Source of the DNA: Octopus sinensis
Lineage: Eukaryota
Length of the DNA stretch: 11,908 nucleotides
Reading direction: 5' to 3'
Assembly: GCF_006345805.1 (NCBI RefSeq)
Contig: NW_021826828.1
Location: forward strand, 1 to 11,908
In this document: piece by piece, positions 7,561 through 11,908 of the stretch
Position numbering within the stretch: the stretch's first letter is position 1
How the letters are laid out: every line of letters starts with the position of its first letter
Made by a program: the position numbers and the translations under genes
Notes under the pieces: model-generated
Databases searched by the model: none
The model's input: the letters and a program-made list of their open reading frames with translations, nothing else
What the model was told of the DNA's origin: nothing

Positions 7561-8565
7561 AGCAAATCTGCTGCTCCAATAATTCCGTCATGCAATTCCT
7601 TTGATTTCAAGATATTGAGGGCCGTAGAGCAAAATGTAAGCAGTATAAAATCGAAAATGGCAATGCGGTTTCGATTCATCGGTGAGTCTATTTTACTTAA
7701 ATAAACTCAGCTATTGCCCTTTAGAAGGACATGGAACTTACATTTCCCGCTTCCCTTCATGTAAAGAACTTCCCCGGAGTAAAGAACTCTGACAAAAGAA
7801 GATAACAGTGATAAAGGAATACAGATAATAGCAGAATTAAACAGGAGGGGGGGACAACAAAGCACTGGAATTTTAGCGGAATTAAATAACAATAAATAGA
7901 CATGCAAAGAATATGCTTAGAATTAGCGGTACTACCTTCATAACAACTACCAATATTGCTACAATAAGCAATAACATTTTCGTTATTGTGTTCTACATGT
8001 TTGTTAATGTTCTTGTTATTGTTGTTCTTATTGTTGATGACGACATTGTTTAGGCAAATGTTTGGCCATTATTAATCCACAATTTAGAAATAGTGAAAAA
8101 CCTCAAAATAAAACTTTTGTTTTTGTTTTTGTTTTTTTTACAAGAACTCGTTTTTGTTTGACAATACTGTTTAGAAAAAGGTAAGGCCAACACCGTATTG
8201 TCTGTAACGAAGTACAAAACCTCACAGACACAGACACACTTACACGTATAGATCTAAAGCCACACTAACACACATATACTACGCTACTCGTATACGGTAT
8301 ACAATACACACACGCGCATACGCACATTATTACAAAAGAGGTGCAGCAAAGACAATGCAAAAAGCAACACAAAACAAACATAACTGCTAACTTTATAATG
8401 CATTTTTAAAGGTTTATCCGTGATTTCTGTTTTGTATCTTTATTACTAGAATTGCTTTAGAGTTGACCTATATTGTTTGCAAAGTTCATTATTGATATTC
8501 CTCAACAAAGAAACGGCGCTTTTCAATGGAGACGAGGAATTACATCGAGAATACTACAAATGGAA

Positions 8566-8587
8566 AATAATAATAATAATAATAATG

Positions 8588-8633
<46 letters not shown>
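8566..8633. repeat. (AAT)n microsatellite
   Basis: Directly visible. Confidence 0.97.
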
Positions 8634-8637
<4 letters not shown>

Positions 8638-8773
8638 GAAAAGAAAATGAAATAAAGAAAAGGAGAAGGAAAAGAAAACTCCATCTAAAAGAACAACACA
8701 ACACAACAACACAGAACCCACAGTCAATCCGCAGTTTATGATTATTTCCGAAACAATCTATGTTGCTTGCTGT

Positions 8774-8799
8774 TACTACTACTACTGCTACTACTACTG

Positions 8800-8832
<33 letters not shown>

Positions 8833-8863
8833 GAAACAATGATGATGATGATGATGATGATGA
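8774..8863. repeat. (ACT)n followed by (GAT)n microsatellites
   Basis: Directly visible. Confidence 0.97.
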
Positions 8864-8973
8864 AATATTAATAGTAAAACATAGGAAATGAAGCATATAC
8901 TAAAAATACGATTCAAGTGAAATTCTGCAGGAGCTAACATGCCCACAAACGCTTTATGGAGGGACGTATGTAT

Positions 8974-9283
8974 ACACACACACACACACACACACACACA
9001 ACACACACCACCCACACACATATTCAATATATCTAGGCGTATAAGATGTATAATATATATATATATCTATATATATATATATATATACACACAAAATATA
9101 TAATATACATAGGTATATATATTTTGTTTATATATATTTATAATTATTATATTTATATATATACATATATTTTATTTTATATAGTAATATACATACACAT
9201 ATATATATATAATATATATATATATTATATATATAAAATACGCATCTATATTATATATATCATTTTGTACATATACTGATTCT

Positions 9284-9333
<50 letters not shown>

Positions 9334-9470
9334 TGTATATATTATATTATGTATGTATTTATATTCATCTAGTATTATTACTGCATGTTTACGTATGTAC
9401 CACACACACACACACACACACCACATGTATGATATATATATATTGTATATATTACGTGTGTGTGTGTGTA
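8974..9470. repeat. (CA)n, long degenerate (TA)n and (CA)/(TG) tracts
   Basis: Directly visible. Confidence 0.9.
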
Positions 9471-9934
9471 TGTAACGTTTATTCTAGGGCTTATATTGCA
9501 TAAGCATCACTAAATGTATTTGGATCTGGATGGGTTGTTGTGTTGTTATGGTTACGCTTTACTATTGAATTCACAGCCAAATGTTAACAATATAATTACA
9601 TAGATTTTCATCATTATTATCGCTTTATTTCTATTGGCCGTTGACATTGCACATTTACTGCCGGATAAGTTTGTTGATGCCGCATGTTGCTATCAACGCT
9701 GCGAATAGCGGCAGGGATGGAGCCGCCGGTAGTACAGGCGGAGGTGATGGTGCTGGTGGTTGTGGTGGAGTAGATATTATTGAGGTGGTGATGGGGCTGA
9801 TGTTATTGGCTTGTAATCGCCATCGTTGTGTACGGATTTCTGGTTTCTTGTTCTGCACTTTGTACCGGTGGTTTTTGTTGAGCGGGGATCACGTTGATAA
9901 AGATCTCAAAGTGATGATAGCAGCAATACATACA

Positions 9935-11016
<1,082 letters not shown>

Positions 11017-11329
11017 TCAACTAAACTGCAAGCGACAAGAATAACAACCTATTCCCACAAACGAAAGCCTAGTTTCACTTTCGTTTTAGTTTACATTTTG
11101 TAGTTGTTGTGTAACGCAATGTAAGCTTCGAATAAACAGAGACCGATGCTGAAATCTATTTCCATCAGAGACGATTTCATCATTACTCTTAGTTGTAAAT
11201 CCTCTTCTATGCGATCGAATGTGTACTTTTATGCGAACAACGTGTTCTGTTGTGTTTATTCTCTTATATTTCGAATGGCTACTTTGGGGCTCACTCGTTA
11301 ACTGTTACAACGAAGTCCTGTATTTTGAG

Positions 11330-11908
11330 GGGATACGTGAACTGGAGTGGTTAATGCGGGGGGAGTATTATGAGAGAATGAGTTGAGTATTAGGTTATGA
11401 GTGAGCTGAGCGTTGGTCGAAAAAGCTTGAGTGGCAAGGGACGGGAATTAAATGGTGAGTGAACTGTGACTAAAGTGTGGAGTAAGATGTAACTGGTATG
11501 GTGAGCTAAGTATTACTTGAATGCTTAATATGGTGACTTGAGTTGAGTGTTGGCTGTAATAAAATTTGAGTGGTAGTGAAGTGGGACTTGTGTTTTGGGC
11601 GAAATAACTTGAGTGGTTAATGAAGGAATTTGACTGTTGGGTGAGGTGATTTAACAGATTACTGAAGTGTGACTTGAGTGATGAGGGAAGAGTGATATCA
11701 ATGATTAGTGAAATGTGACATCAATGTTTAGTGAAGTGTGACTTGGATGGTTTGTAGGTCGACTTGAGTGTCGGCTGAAGTTCAGGGGTGAGTTGGGTAT
11801 TGCGCGAGTGAGTGGGACTTAAGTGTCGAGTGAGTGACTCGAGTCAGTGTAGACGAGTTACGTAGGCTTTGGGGGAATTCTGGCTGAGGTAACCGAGTGA
11901 CGATGTTC
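11330..11908. repeat. Degenerate G/T-rich satellite with core GTGACTTGAGTG, running off the window
   Basis: GACTTGAGTG is exact at 11671 and 11761, with many near-matches. GAGTGGTTAATG occurs at 11346 and 11611. C is strongly depleted on the + strand. Confidence 0.7.

Noticed and set aside
7563-7687. Possible exon ending ATG GCA ATG CGG TTT CGA TTC ATC G|GTGAGT, with an 8-bp hairpin (7649-7676) around the ATG
   Set aside because: The acceptor side lies in SINE-derived sequence. Joining to the next candidate micro-exon (8145-8180, AAG|GTAAGG) gives an early stop, and there is no homology evidence.
11135-11180. CTGATGGAAATAGATTTC on the minus strand as a hammerhead relic
   Set aside because: A9 and GAAA are missing and there is no stem I. 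At best a decayed remnant.
11330-11908. CRISPR-like repeat-spacer array
   Set aside because: Eukaryotic context, a core of only ~10 nt that is degenerate, irregular spacing, and spacers that share the same composition.

Overview
Very AT-rich, microsatellite-dense eukaryotic DNA, most likely intronic or intergenic. The dominant interspersed repeat matches, from my recollection and not from a search, the abundant tRNA-derived SINE of Octopus, so a cephalopod origin is inferred. I can support no protein-coding gene: the supplied ORFs are read-through of microsatellites and repeats. The informative content is RNA-level. (1) A type I hammerhead ribozyme with a perfect catalytic core and an unusually long stem II lies at 5521-5612 (+), in a ~205-bp cassette between two (TA)n tracts. 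(2) A non-autonomous Penelope-like insertion at 3935-4428 has a 14-bp target-site duplication and two inverted arms, each carrying a minimal hammerhead. (3) A 220-bp TA-flanked MITE abuts it and contains a long internal hairpin. (4) A GC-rich, highly foldable ~330-nt minus-strand segment (2530 to ~2200) sits between a TATA box and a T6 run; it is a candidate structured ncRNA that I cannot assign to a known family. The window also has several SINE fragments in both orientations, a degenerate ~33-bp minisatellite and a G/T-skewed satellite at the right end.
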